A stretch of DNA of 47,234 bases, taken from contig CAWEHK010000012.1 of the NCBI GenBank assembly GCA_963808625.1, positions 1-47,234 on the forward strand. The letters are read 5' to 3'. The stretch's first letter is position 1. Each line of letters begins with the position of its first letter. The notes under the pieces are model-generated. The model searched no databases. It was given only the letters and a program-made list of their open reading frames with translations, and was not told the origin of the DNA. The translations under genes and the position numbers were made by a program. Of the stretch, positions 30,899 through 41,509 are shown in pieces. This stretch comes from an uncultured delta proteobacterium (GTDB taxonomy: Bacteria; Desulfobacterota; Syntrophobacteria; Syntrophobacterales; Syntrophobacteraceae).

Positions 30899-32053
30899 TT
30901 AGATTCCCAGAATTTCGAATAGAACGGCAAACAACCCGTCAAAGACGATGATGAAAACAATAGCGGTCACCACTGCCGAAGTGGTTGCGACCCCCACCGC
31001 GGCCGAACTTCGCCCGCACTGCATCCCCCGCAGACACCCTGACAGAGCGACAATAACGCCGAAAACGACGCTTTTTAGCAGGCCCGTGCTGAAGTCGACC
31101 AGGCTGATGGCATGCTTCGTTTCATTAAAATACTCGATGAGCGAAAGATTGAGCATGCCGACGCCAATGAGTCCTCCGCCCAGAATCCCCATAAAGTCCG
31201 CGTACAGGCAAAGCAGCGGCATCATCAGAATCAGAGCCAGAGTCCGGGGCAACACAAGGAATTCCATCGGTGACAGCCCCAGCGTCTGCAGCGCATCGAT
31301 CTCTTCATTCACCTGCATGGTTCCGAGCTGAGCCGCATAGGCGGCCCCGGTGCGACCGGCCATGATGATTGCGCTCATCATCGCCCCCATCTCTCGGGTC
31401 ATGCCGATCCCAACCAGGTCCGCTACATAAATCTGCGCTCCAAACACCCGCAACTGAACGGCGCCGACAAAGGCAAGAATCAGCCCCACCATAACGCTGA
31501 TAAGGGAAACGATGGGCAGGGCCTGCGCGCCGCATTCCTGAATGAACAACATGAGATCAACACGACGAAAGCGGGCCTTGCCAGCGAAAAGCTTAAGGAA
31601 TGCCAGGGAAATTGCACCGAGGAAGCTGACCATTTCAGCGGTGGCAGAGATGACCGCAATCGTTTTCACGCCAATTCTGGCGAGCAGAGGATCGCGGGCG
31701 GCTGCTTTACGGGCATCTTTCTGCTCCGGCACCGCAGCGGCCAGCGCCAGCAGTTTGATCACACCCTCCGGCAACCCATCTTTAATGACATCGATATGCC
31801 TACCAGAACCGTAATCCATGACCTTGAGGACGAAGGTCACCAAATTACTGTCCCACTCGGTCAGCTTCTCGCAGTCAAAGAGAATGCGTCTTATGCCTGG
31901 TGCTGATTCAATCTCCTCCTTGACATCCTGCAAAGAATGCAGCCCCTGGGAAATCCTCCAACTCCCTTCCAGGCCAATTGTTATAGAGTCTTCCTCCGGC
32001 CTGGAAAGGTTGATTTTTGGACTTTCCGCTACGCTACGCTGGGAAGAACTCAT
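30899..32053 (-). CDS. MlaE-type ABC permease with N-terminal STAS-like domain
   Basis: GAQALPIV, REMGAMM, AGRTGAAYAAQLGTMQVNEEIDAL, VGVATTSAVV. Confidence 0.93.
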   Translation of the reverse strand: MSSSQRSVAESPKINLSRPEEDSITIGLEGSWRISQGLHSLQDVKEEIESAPGIRRILFDCEKLTEWDSNLVTFVLKVMDYGSGRHIDVIKDGLPEGVIKLLALAAAVPEQKDARKAAARDPLLARIGVKTIAVISATAEMVSFLGAISLAFLKLFAGKARFRRVDLMLFIQECGAQALPIVSLISVMVGLILAFVGAVQLRVFGAQIYVADLVGIGMTREMGAMMSAIIMAGRTGAAYAAQLGTMQVNEEIDALQTLGLSPMEFLVLPRTLALILMMPLLCLYADFMGILGGGLIGVGMLNLSLIEYFNETKHAISLVDFSTGLLKSVVFGVIVALSGCLRGMQCGRSSAAVGVATTSAVVTAIVFIIVFDGLFAVLFEILGI

Positions 32054-32159
32054 GATCTGCCGCAGGCCTTAAAATATGCCATCATCACCAAAAGCGTCTC
32101 GAATTCGCAACCCGATCATCTGGAAAGTTCCATTTTGGAGTCACCAACCGACTCTTAAT

Positions 32160-32222
32160 TCCGAAATCCGCCATCCGAAATCCGACATCCGACATCCGAC
32201 ATCCGACATCCAAAATCCGACA
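32160..32222. repeat. Heptamer tandem repeat (TCCGAMA-like, 9 copies)
   Basis: tccgaaa tccgcca tccgaaa tccgaca x4 tccaaaa tccgaca, directly after the MscS stop. Confidence 0.9.
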
Positions 32223-34691
32223 TCAACCCGATTCCCCACCCTGTTCCAGCAGTTTCCGTTTGGCTTCTTCTTCCGCCAAGGCTGCTCCAATCGCTGCTCC
32301 TGCGGCGGCAGAGAGTCCCCCCCGTTTCGCAGAAGTCTTGTCAGGTGAAGGCGCCTCTCCTTCGGCGCCTTGCTTTCCCGAAGTTGGCTCGTCCGGCAGA
32401 CGGACCACGACATCCCGGGTGGCAAACTCGATACCCTTCTCCTTGAAGAGTTCCTTGAGCCGTCTAAAGACCTGGCGCTGGATGACAAACTGCACGCCCG
32501 GCTTGGTCTTAAATTTCACTCTCATGATCAGGCCGGCGTCGTCAAGAGCCAGCACGCCCGCACTCTTAATGGGCCCCAGGAGGTTGGGTCCCATTTCTTC
32601 ATCTGCCTGAATTTCCTTGTCGATCTTCTTAATAATCTTTCGGATCGCGTCGACATCGGTGTCAAAGGGAACCCTGAAGTCAAGTTTGGTGATGTTGTAG
32701 TCCCGGGAGAAATTGACCACCGTGGCCAACTGGCTGAAGGGTACGTTAATCACCATGCCGCGCGTATGGCGGAGCTTAAGGGAGCGGATGCCGATCGCTT
32801 CGATCGTGCCTTTTACTTTAGCACCGGATTCTATATAGTCATTAATGCGAAAGGCATCGTCGAGGAGGAAAAAGAGGCCCGAAACGATATCTTTAATCAG
32901 GTTCTGGGTTCCCAGACCAATCGCCAATCCCAGGATTCCGGCCCCGGCAAGGAGAGGAGTGATGTTGATTCCCACGGCCGACAGGATGATCAGCCCAACC
33001 GTTACCAGCAATACAACCAGCAGGAACTTGCGAAAGAGGAGGAGCAGCGTGCCGACCCGGCTGCCACCCGTACCCCCGGCCTCCGAATCCTCATCGACCT
33101 CACCCCCCCCCTGCACCTCTTTGAGCTTGCGGTTGATAGCGTCTTCGATCAGTCTCCAGCCGACATAAGCAAGGGTAACGATCAGGAGGACTTTGACGGC
33201 ACCCCCGGTGACCTGCTCCCCAATACCGACCTCGAAGCCCCACAATTGGAGCAGCCAGAAAAAGATTACACCTGCTAACGCCAGGCTTAGACAGCGGCGA
33301 AGGATTGGGATAAACCGGCCGACATCAACGGGCCCGGCAGGTGCACATTTTGGTGCTGTGGAAGCTGCGGTGGATTCGTCATCGGGAGCTGCGGGTTCAC
33401 TCTCGAGCGCCGGCGCCGGTGCCGGCGCCTCCGGCTTATCCATCAGCCCAAAAACGGCCGTCAACAGTTTCTGCCCGAGCCAGTCAAGAATCAGAAAGAG
33501 GGGTATGCTCGACAATAATGCGAGAAGCGGAATGACGAGATCGGCCCTTTCGACCAGCAGATAGAACACCCAAAGTCCCCAGATAAGGAGAACGTAGGGC
33601 AACGCAAGGAGGTGCCAGAAGGCTGCCAGCTGGGTGCGAAACAGGTTTATTCCGGCGGCACGATCGCCGGGACCGCTGCAGATGAGCCGGGCAACCGCCT
33701 CGCGGTTGTAAAAAAGGAGGTATACAATCATGACGAGGACCACGGCACCGTTCGTTGCTCGAATGAAAATGATTATTTCCTCACTTACCCCCTGCAGTTC
33801 AAGCAGGCCCCTGAGCAGGAAACCCGCTCCCAGGACCCCGGCAAAGATCATCAGCCAGCGGTGGACGGTGCGCGCGGTCTCGTCCATGATGGCGAGGCAC
33901 CTTAACGCGGGAGTTTTGGGCGCAAAGAAGAAGTGCGACACCAGGCCGATTCCCCGAACAGCGAGGACGATGACCAGGTAAATCATGAGGACAAGGCGTG
34001 CAAATGGCCCACGATTGAAGAAGAGGAAGAAGACAATTAACGTTGCCGCGGCAAAAACAAAGAGAGACATGAATTCGATCATCGCACACAGCCCAAGACG
34101 TTTGATCTTGACCGTCCAATGAGCAGGCGGAGAGGCGATCAGCCGTTGCCTTATGCCGGCGGTATAGCGCCCGAACAACCACTCCGCACCGAGACCCGCA
34201 ACAAGCAAAGCCAGGATCGCGGCAAACATGAGCAGAATGTTCGAAATCCCCCCCTTCCCTCTCAGGTCTGCGTAGGTCTGAGGCAGAAACTCCGGGACTG
34301 CCACCGCTCCCGACTGGATGTCCCGCAATCGTTTATTGAACAGGGTGATGTTTTCTTCCGCCTCTTGGGCGATTTTGGCGAGACCACTGACTTTCTTCGG
34401 TTCTTCTTTCTTTGCGCTCGCGGCGGCAGATCTCTCCAATTCCCGCAGCAGCAGGTGCCTGACTTGATCGTCACTGAGGCCGGCAAGAATTTCATTAATT
34501 TTTGCGTGGTCGAGGTCCGCCGGAATGTCCGGCAGGGCCTTGTCAGCCTTGTCCTGCGTCTTTTTTGAACCGGTGGAAGGAAACAGCATCATCGCGCCGC
34601 CGTTCTTGGCCGGCGCAACTTCGCACCACAGGAAGAGCCCTACGAAAAGAGAGACACACACCAAAAACGACTTAACAAAGTAACTTGACAT
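32223..34691 (-). CDS. Large MscS-family mechanosensitive channel (YbiO-like)
   Basis: Signal peptide, many TMs, PLLAGAGILGLAIGLGTQNLIKDIVSGLFFLLDDAFRINDYIE, NFSRD; gggaggag RBS before 34691. Confidence 0.92.
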   Translation of the reverse strand: MSSYFVKSFLVCVSLFVGLFLWCEVAPAKNGGAMMLFPSTGSKKTQDKADKALPDIPADLDHAKINEILAGLSDDQVRHLLLRELERSAAASAKKEEPKKVSGLAKIAQEAEENITLFNKRLRDIQSGAVAVPEFLPQTYADLRGKGGISNILLMFAAILALLVAGLGAEWLFGRYTAGIRQRLIASPPAHWTVKIKRLGLCAMIEFMSLFVFAAATLIVFFLFFNRGPFARLVLMIYLVIVLAVRGIGLVSHFFFAPKTPALRCLAIMDETARTVHRWLMIFAGVLGAGFLLRGLLELQGVSEEIIIFIRATNGAVVLVMIVYLLFYNREAVARLICSGPGDRAAGINLFRTQLAAFWHLLALPYVLLIWGLWVFYLLVERADLVIPLLALLSSIPLFLILDWLGQKLLTAVFGLMDKPEAPAPAPALESEPAAPDDESTAASTAPKCAPAGPVDVGRFIPILRRCLSLALAGVIFFWLLQLWGFEVGIGEQVTGGAVKVLLIVTLAYVGWRLIEDAINRKLKEVQGGGEVDEDSEAGGTGGSRVGTLLLLFRKFLLVVLLVTVGLIILSAVGINITPLLAGAGILGLAIGLGTQNLIKDIVSGLFFLLDDAFRINDYIESGAKVKGTIEAIGIRSLKLRHTRGMVINVPFSQLATVVNFSRDYNITKLDFRVPFDTDVDAIRKIIKKIDKEIQADEEMGPNLLGPIKSAGVLALDDAGLIMRVKFKTKPGVQFVIQRQVFRRLKELFKEKGIEFATRDVVVRLPDEPTSGKQGAEGEAPSPDKTSAKRGGLSAAAGAAIGAALAEEEAKRKLLEQGGESG

Positions 34692-34726
34692 GGGGTTTAC
34701 TCCTCCCGCAAAAATCAATCCTGGTC

Positions 34727-34762
34727 TTTCGGGTGTTTCGGGTATTTCGTGTGTTTCGTGGT
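34727..34762. repeat. tttcgKgtR-type short tandem repeat (half of the cacgaa palindromic element)
   Basis: tttcgggtgtttcgggtatttcgtgtgtttcgtggtg. Confidence 0.6.
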
Positions 34763-34793
34763 GAAAGATGATGATTCATTCCTGGACCACGCC

Positions 34794-35381
34794 TCACGGT
34801 TTGTGCACCGAAATCGCGACGGCCTCGGTGATGACCAGGACAATTTCATCACCCTTCTTGAGCTTTTCGAAGCGCTTGGCATTCTGGTGCACGACGAAGG
34901 TCTTGGTGTTGCCCTCAGGGCCTTTCAGGGTCACGGTACGGTTTGCGTGATTGATCGCCTCAACCGTTCCCGGCAGTTGGATGGTGTCCACGACCACCAC
35001 TGCAGGCGGCCTGCCCTTTGGAGTCACGGCAACATTGCCTGCCTCGACGACGGCCGGCGGCCAGTCGGGTTTTCGTATATAGACGCCTAGCGCTTCAAGA
35101 TATTCAGCTTTGACCTGATCTCCCTGCTTGATCTGGTCAAAGTTGTTCAAACCCCGGCCAACCTTAAGCGGCAATATTTTACCATCAGATCCCTTAAGGG
35201 AAAGGGTGCGCTTTTGATAATCGATTGCCTCGACGGTCGCGACAACAGCGACTACTTCGGTCAGGAGCGCCTCTGGTTTGCCGGTGCCTTGAGATGCGCT
35301 TGGCTTTTTTCCTGCCCATCCATGACCCGCCAGAGCACAGATGACAATAAACAACAATCCCGCTGAAAACGCCTTTTTCAT
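34794..35381 (-). CDS. Exported protein with two tandem OB-fold-like repeats
   Basis: Signal peptide MKKAFS..AGHGWA; repeated TVEAID/IN..RT.TLKG..G...F..(I/L)K.GD motif. Confidence 0.75.
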   Translation of the reverse strand: MKKAFSAGLLFIVICALAGHGWAGKKPSASQGTGKPEALLTEVVAVVATVEAIDYQKRTLSLKGSDGKILPLKVGRGLNNFDQIKQGDQVKAEYLEALGVYIRKPDWPPAVVEAGNVAVTPKGRPPAVVVVDTIQLPGTVEAINHANRTVTLKGPEGNTKTFVVHQNAKRFEKLKKGDEIVLVITEAVAISVHKP

Positions 35382-35518
35382 GCTATACCTCCAATGTTCC
35401 AGGGCAGCTCGCGTTTGCCGACGAAGCGATCGCGTTGAGCCCCTTCCCTGGATCGATAGTTGTCCAGGATGAGCTCCTCTCCAAGGAAAAAGCTGAAGCA
35501 CGGCAATCTTGCTGTGCT

Positions 35519-36721
35519 TCAGGCACCGTACTTGTTCAGTTTATCCGCATAGGCGAGCGCCAATTGGATGAGCATGGCACCGGGAATAATTCCCCACATG
35601 CCTTTGGCACAAGGTCTTTCACCGAACGCGGCGACATCATCCGGGCGGGTGTTCTTGCCATGAATGAGGAAGGGTATCGGATGATAGGAGTGGGCTTTCA
35701 TCACTGCGGGGGTGGAGTGGTCGCCGGTGACGATCAAAACATCCGGGTGGCAGGCCATGATCTGAGGTACGAAGGCATCCACCTTTTCAATTTCCGCCAC
35801 CTTCCCTTGGAAATCTCCATCCTCCCCCCTGGAATCGGCGTATTTATGGTGGACAAAAAAGAAGTCATACTGGTCCCAGTATCGCTTTAGCGCCTCTGCC
35901 TGGTCGTTCAGGTCCCTCAGGCCATCGATCACGTCCATCCCGACCAGCCGGCTCACTCCCTTGTAATCCGGATAAACCGCCATCGCCGCCGCGTGCAGTC
36001 CAAACCGCGCGGCCATGGAGGGGATGTGAGGCAGTTCGGCAAAGCCGCGCATAAGGATGGCATTGGCAGGAGCGTGGTTTTCAAGAATGACGAGCGCTTG
36101 CCGGACGAATTCCTTCGCCACCGCCGCAGTCCTGACTCCCTTCTCCGAGGTGGACTTGGGTTCGTGGGCCGCAACACCGGTTGCCTGGGGGTCCGTGTCT
36201 TCCACGTGGTCGCTCAGCCCCTCTCCGCGGAAAATCGCCACCGCGCGGTAATCCTTCACCGGGCGCACAAACACCTCGACCCCGGGAATCTGCACCGCCC
36301 CGAGCAGCTCACACAGGTGGCTGCAGGTTTCCGTCGGGATGCGGCCCGCTCGCCGGTCAGTGATCCTGCCGCGTTCATCGCAGGTGGCAAAATTGAGGCG
36401 AGCGGCCACGTCACCCGCCCTCATCGGGAAGGCAATGCCCATCGCCGCAACGACTCCCCGCCCGACGGGGTAGTCAACGGGCTGATAACCGAAGAGCGCC
36501 AGGTGGCCAGGGGCGGAACCCGGCGTTATGCCGAAGCCAACCGGCAGATGGAGGCCGCATTCCGCTTCCGCCGCCAGGGCATCAAGATTCGGCGTGCGCG
36601 CGGTCTCCAGTTCCGTCTTACCGCCTTTCTCCGCGGGCAGCCCGCCCAGTCCGTCTATGACCAGCAGGACAATCTTCTTCTCATTATGGTGAAGCAGTTC
36701 TCTTAGAATCTCCTCGCGCAT
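35519..36721 (-). CDS. apgM: 2,3-bisphosphoglycerate-independent phosphoglycerate mutase (ApgM type)
   Basis: LVIDGLGG, TELETARTPNLD, TPGSAPGHLALFGY, DRRAGRI, DSRGEDG, VTGDHSTP...HSYHP. Confidence 0.93.
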   Translation of the reverse strand: MREEILRELLHHNEKKIVLLVIDGLGGLPAEKGGKTELETARTPNLDALAAEAECGLHLPVGFGITPGSAPGHLALFGYQPVDYPVGRGVVAAMGIAFPMRAGDVAARLNFATCDERGRITDRRAGRIPTETCSHLCELLGAVQIPGVEVFVRPVKDYRAVAIFRGEGLSDHVEDTDPQATGVAAHEPKSTSEKGVRTAAVAKEFVRQALVILENHAPANAILMRGFAELPHIPSMAARFGLHAAAMAVYPDYKGVSRLVGMDVIDGLRDLNDQAEALKRYWDQYDFFFVHHKYADSRGEDGDFQGKVAEIEKVDAFVPQIMACHPDVLIVTGDHSTPAVMKAHSYHPIPFLIHGKNTRPDDVAAFGERPCAKGMWGIIPGAMLIQLALAYADKLNKYGA

Positions 36722-36739
36722 GTTTGGTCCGCCTCTTTT

Positions 36740-37709
36740 TCATTCCACCTTATGCCAGCTCGGGTCGGGATCAAACGCCTTCATGGCTCGGGCGATGCTG
36801 GCTGTGTTCTTGCCCAGGTCCTTTTCGTAGACCACCCCATCGTGGTTCACGATAAAAGTCATGATGCCCGAGTTGCCGTATTCTGCAGGATAGGCAACCA
36901 GGGCAAAACCGCCGATCAGGTGACCCTTGACCAGGTAATTGCGGGCTCCACCCGAAGCGTTCGTCCCCTGCTCTTTCAAGATCCGGTAAAAAGTATCCAT
37001 GATAGGGAACCGGACTGCCGGAGCGTTGCTTCCCGGCATACCCCTCCCTGCCGGCTTTGGCTGCAAGCGGTCCGAGCGGGCTGGGTTCTTCGCCCTCTTT
37101 CGCATCCCAATAAAGTCCGTCCTTATGGCCCTCGGTACTCACCAGTTTCTGCGCGTATTCACGGATGCCGTCGCCGTCACGATCCTTCGCTGCGTATTCC
37201 ACCTCGGCATCGACAATAGCGAGGCATACCTGCATCGCATTGAGTTCATTTTTACCTATACGCCGGTTTAGAATCTCATCTTTCCCTTCACTGGTGGCGA
37301 AATACCAGGAATCACTCTGCTTCACGATGGGCACTGGGAAAGGCCAGTCCTCACTGCCCACGTGGAGAATTACACGATTTTCATCCTTTTTCTCTAACTG
37401 GTTCATCTCCTCGAAGGCTTTTGCAAAACGTTCGCGTCCGGCCTGATCCGCCACCTCATCGCCCGAGGAGATGAGCACCTTTCCGGCAGGGCCGAAAATC
37501 GCCAGGAGTTCGCTGGTATCGTTGGCCTTTATGGCAGTGATCAGGGACTTGACCGCTTCCTCGGGGGACCCGAATTGTTTTTGTTTGGCCGCCGCGGCAA
37601 GGGCGCTGCCCGGGCAGAAGACCACGGCCCCGGCCAAAATCGCGGCAAGCCCAATAATAAAGGCATCGAGGAACGCCTTCTTCGTCGTTTTTCGGTGAAA
37701 TGAAAACAT
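36740..37709 (-). CDS. DUF2950 family exported protein; frameshift near 36990
   Basis: FGSPEEAV, ISSGDEVAD, WPFPVPIV, EILNRRIGKNEL, GLYW, PYHGYF/YRIL..QG, GFALVAYPAEYGNSGIMTFIVNHDG. Confidence 0.88.
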
Positions 37710-37765
37710 TGTTTTCCCTCCCTGAGCCCAGACCCTCACAATAAAGTGACCTTGATCCTTACGCG

Positions 37766-37868
37766 TCATTCCGGTGGCAACCGGAATCCAGGAAAAACTG
37801 CCTGGATACCGGCTTTCGCCGGTATGACGAACTGGACCCGGACACTCATTTATGCGGTGCTGCACTCA
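37766..37868. repeat. gtcattccg/ggaatcc REP/MITE-like element
   Basis: gtcattccggtggcaaccggaatccagg...cctggataccggctttcgccggtatgac, ending ggacactcatttatgcggtgctg; related to 29999-30068 and 39700-39810. Confidence 0.65.
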
Positions 37869-37931
37869 TAGAACAAGAACCATTACGCTAGAGTCCGGCC
37901 GGAAACTGCGGGCATGTTTGCAGTTCGGACT

Positions 37932-38010
37932 GTAGGGGAGGGGTTTATCCCCTCCGGAAAGTGCCGCAATTTATTGATCATTCCGGGCGGGCGTAAAGCC
38001 CGCGCCCTAC
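37932..38010. repeat. GTAG-family REP doublet (inverted pair)
   Basis: gtaggggaggggtttatcccctcc ... gggcgggcgtaaagcccgcgccctac. Confidence 0.7.
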
Positions 38011-38033
38011 GCCAACAGGTGGGTTTCCGGACG

Positions 38034-38075
38034 GCCAACAGCTAAGAGCTAAGAGCCAACAGCTAAGAGCCAATA
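38034..38075. repeat. Heptamer tandem repeat (GCYAASA-like, 6 copies)
   Basis: gccaaca gctaaga gctaaga gccaaca gctaaga gccaata. Confidence 0.85.
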
Positions 38076-38086
38076 CTACCCGTCCA

Positions 38087-39360
38087 TCACCTCCGGCCGC
38101 GTCCTCCACCGCCACCACCACGGGCACCACCGCCGCCAAACGAACCACCACCACGGGAGCTCCGCCACCCGCTCCGATGCTTCCGGCGCTTTGGCGGCTG
38201 GTGCGGCCACGGTCGCTGAACTTCTGGGTGTTATCCCCGCGTTCGATTCCCTGAAAAGCACCAGACGATTTGCGGTCCTGGAACCCCTGTCCACCAGGCT
38301 GTTGGAGGTCCCTGCGTTGGTCAGGCCCTGGTCGGTCAGGCCGATCCAAGTCCTTGCGCTGATCGAGCGCCTGCCTGTCAAGGCCTCCGTCCCCCCGCCG
38401 CTGGTCCAGGTCCTGGCGTCCAGCGCCCTGGCCCAGTTTGTCTTTTGCACTCTGATCAAACCCCCGAAAATCGCTTCTATTGGCCGCATCACCCTTGCCG
38501 GCCTGGCCGTAGCGGTCACGCAAATCCTGACTCCGGTAGGGGTCGCCCCGGCGGTGAGCCGCTTCATGTTGCCATTTCGAGGTTTGGATATTGCTTACAT
38601 TGATGTTGCTGCTGTTGATGTTGACGTTGCGATTGATGTTGGCATTGACCTGACGCCCTCCCCAGTTCCAGGATCCCCATCCCGAGTTCCAGGCAGCCCC
38701 CACTGCTACGCCGGCTGCAAAGGAAAGCATTCCGGTGGCCACAACCGCCCCGGCGGGGTACCAGGCATACGGAGGGTAAGAGGGATACCACCAGGACCCA
38801 TAGACCACCATCGGATTGTAGGTGGGAATATAAATGACCTGGGGGTTTGCCGGTTCGACACGGATTACCTGTTGTTCGACGATGACCTTTTGTTCGCTGG
38901 TGTTCTTCAGACTGCCCTGAGCATACGCCTTGGAGCGCAGTTGCTGGATCGTGTCCATAACCTCAGCTTGCTGATCCAGAAAGGCGTCACCGAGGCGCTG
39001 AGTCCAGTCCAGTTTCTCACTCATCATGGCCAGGACCTGCGGGAACGGCACCAGCGCCTTCACACTGAGGTCCCACTTCTGTTTATCGAGAGCCGCACTG
39101 AACTGTTCCCCTTTGGGGCTTTTGTTGTTCCTCGCCCAGCGGTCGGCCTCCACCACTTCGACCGGGTAAGTCGCTGCCATCAGCATCTGAGCCAGCAAGG
39201 AATCCGGGTAGAGGGCGATCGGGGCCAGCATCTGGTCAAGTTCCTCTTGCGTAAACCGAGTTGGTGGACCCGAGCTCTGCGCAAGGGCACCGCTCGGGAT
39301 TGCAAAAAGAACAATAAGCACCCAGCTCAGAATGCGCTTGCCAATGTTTTTTGCATTCAT
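38087..39360 (-). CDS. DUF3300 family exported protein with low-complexity Gly/Arg tail; frameshift near 38160
   Basis: ELDQMLAPIALYPDSLLAQMLMAATYP, WDLSVKAL, WTQRLGDAF, YIPTYNP.VVYG.W; second frame gives GGGGARGGGGGGRGRR then stop at 38087. Confidence 0.88.
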
Positions 39361-39504
39361 TGTTTCACCTCTCTTATTGGATCGGTGCGATGCATCCCGC
39401 ACCGGATCATCGCCGCCTGCACCGTGCATCGATAGCTCTGGATCTCAACTCCAAGCGGGACACAAGCCCTTCGAACAAGGCACCATCCCCCGGCATTACT
39501 CTCG

Positions 39505-39661
39505 TAGAAAGTGTCCAAAAATAACTTGCACCCATTTCAACCCTTTTTTGAACCACGAAGAACACGAAGAGCACGAAAAAATCACTTCGTGTCCTTGTAT
39601 CTTCGTGTTCTTCGTGCTCTTCGTGGTAAAAGAAGGCGTTTTATTTTTGGACGCCCCCTTA
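39505..39661. mobile_element. MITE-like element (12-bp perfect inverted repeat gtccaaaaataa/ttatttttggac) enclosing a cacgaa palindrome
   Basis: Inverted repeats at 39513-39524 and 39641-39652; internal accacgaagaacacgaagagcacgaa...ttcgtgttcttcgtgctcttcgtggt. Confidence 0.6.
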
Positions 39662-40144
39662 GTGGAGCACAACAGAATAAGGTGTCCATAATCCCAGGAC
39701 GTCATTCCCGCATGCTTTTAGCGGGAATCCACAACAAGAAACCTGGATGCCCGCCTTCGTGAGCATGACGGGCGGATACGGGCACTCATTGATGCCGCGC
39801 TGATTCACTTATACTAAGGCTATATCTTAGCATGCCTCTCCTTCCAATTGAATTAAAAGTCATTGCGAGTCGGAACAATTTCCTTTCGGTCTCCCCGACC
39901 TCTCATCCCCACCGGTTGCTTTCCCCCACATTGATCCTACCTTTGAGGAAAAGAGCCGGGCGTTGCCGGCTGCCTGACCGGAACCTTCGTCGGTAAACTG
40001 GACGCCCGCAGGGTAAGACTTGGTCCGGAAGAACCGGACGCGGAGGCGCGGTAAGAGCGGGGTATGATTGCCCGCCGAAAGATAGTTTCATGTCTCGAAA
40101 ACAGGGGGAACCGGCAGGTTTCCCCGAAGACCAGGAGGAGTTCC

Positions 40145-40617
40145 ATGACAAAAGCGATCCCGGAAGGATATCACAGCGTCACACCGATCTTCGTGTTCAA
40201 GGATGCCCGTAAGGCCATAGAGTTCTACAAACGGGCCTTTGGAGCCCAGGAGCGGTTCGCCATGCCGGGGCCCGACGGCAAAGGGGTGATGCACGCCGAG
40301 CTCCGGATCGGCAACTCGATCATCATGATGGGGGAAGAAAGCCCGCAGCATGCCTGTAAAAGCGCAGAGACCGCCGGCGGCTCCCCCGTCAGTTTTTTCC
40401 TCTATCTCGAAAACGTGGACGAGGCTTTCAGGACAGCCCTGGAAGCCGGCGCGGAGGCCCGGAGCCGGTCCAGGACATGTTCTGGGGGGACCGCGCCGGC
40501 ACCGTGCAAGACCCCTTCGGTTACACCTGGATGCTCGCCACCCATACCAAGGACCTGACGCCGGAGGAAATCCAACAGGGCGCTGAAGCCGAATTCGCCC
40601 GGATGGCAAAGAAATAG
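40145..40617 (+). CDS. VOC/glyoxalase (PhnB-like) protein; frameshift near 40460
   Basis: IPEGYHSVTP, AIEFYKRAFGA, VMHAELRIG; next frame QDMFWGDRAGTVQDPFGYTW; aggagg RBS. Confidence 0.9.
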
Positions 40618-40662
40618 ACCGCCCCGGAGGCGTCCTGGAAAGGAAGTGATAAGGAGCATAAC

Positions 40663-40686
40663 AAAAGCCCGCATCATGCGGGCTTT
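40663..40686. terminator. Bidirectional intrinsic terminator
   Basis: aaaagcccgcat-c-atgcgggcttt between convergent genes. Confidence 0.75.
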
Positions 40687-40727
40687 ATTACTTTCGGAGC
40701 GGAAACACTTCCCGTTCACTCCACCCT

Positions 40728-41262
40728 TTAGCGCACCCGCGTCAGTTTGAAGGTCACTCCTCCCTTATCTTTACCCTTATCGAACAAGGTCCACTTCTCG
40801 GTGATGTGGTCATTATCCGTGACAGGTAATGAGCACGGCGTGCATATGCTTCTCTTTTGCCGGATCGATGTCATTCCCTTTCCTTGCGAACACCAATTCG
40901 ATCGTCTGCGCATCGGCTTTCCGGAGCGTCATGTGGGGCTGATTGCGGAGCATGCAATAATGGGTCATGGCGAGTTTCCCCTTCTGATCGTGATAGACGG
41001 AAACCATCTCTTCGGCACTCCCCGGGAAAAGCGTCTCGACCAGCGCGCTGCCGCCGGCCGTCAGGCGATATTCCACCCTGACCTTCTCCCCTTCTTTCCC
41101 CATGTCCGATGTCCCTTCCCATGCACCGACAAGCTGCTTCATCCGCTCGAACTCCGTGGAGCCGGTATACGGAGCGGACTGGACCTCTCCGGCATGGGCA
41201 ACGAACATCCCGGCAAGTGAAAGGCACACCGCTACGATTAATAAAGGTGCCAGTTTTTTCAT
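40728..41262 (-). CDS. Conserved exported hypothetical protein; frameshift near 40825
   Basis: Signal peptide; FERMKQLVGAWEG, YRLTAGGSALVE, MVSVYH, THYCMLRNQP, HMH; continues DNDHITEKWT..FKLTRVR. Confidence 0.7.
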
Positions 41263-41509
41263 GATGTTGCTCCTTTTGGTTGCATGGTTTCTATCGGCCG
41301 GTCGAACAAGGCGTCGAGGCCCATTTCGAAAGATAAGTCTTGCGTAACGGGACTCAATGCCGGGAGCGCCCCCCTCCTCTTCCCTTATGGGCAAACGATC
41401 CAGCCTCGTCCGGGGACCAGCGTCAGCGCCGGCACGACCGCCCGGGTGGGAAGGACTACTGTTGGGATATGCGTCGGATCATGCCCTGCTGGATTTTCCA
41501 CCCGCCTTC

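Noticed and set aside
38590..38650. AAC-rich minus-strand stretch as a DGR template repeat
   Set aside because: It encodes the Asn-rich NINRNVNIN segment of DUF3300 and does not resemble the FGE tail.
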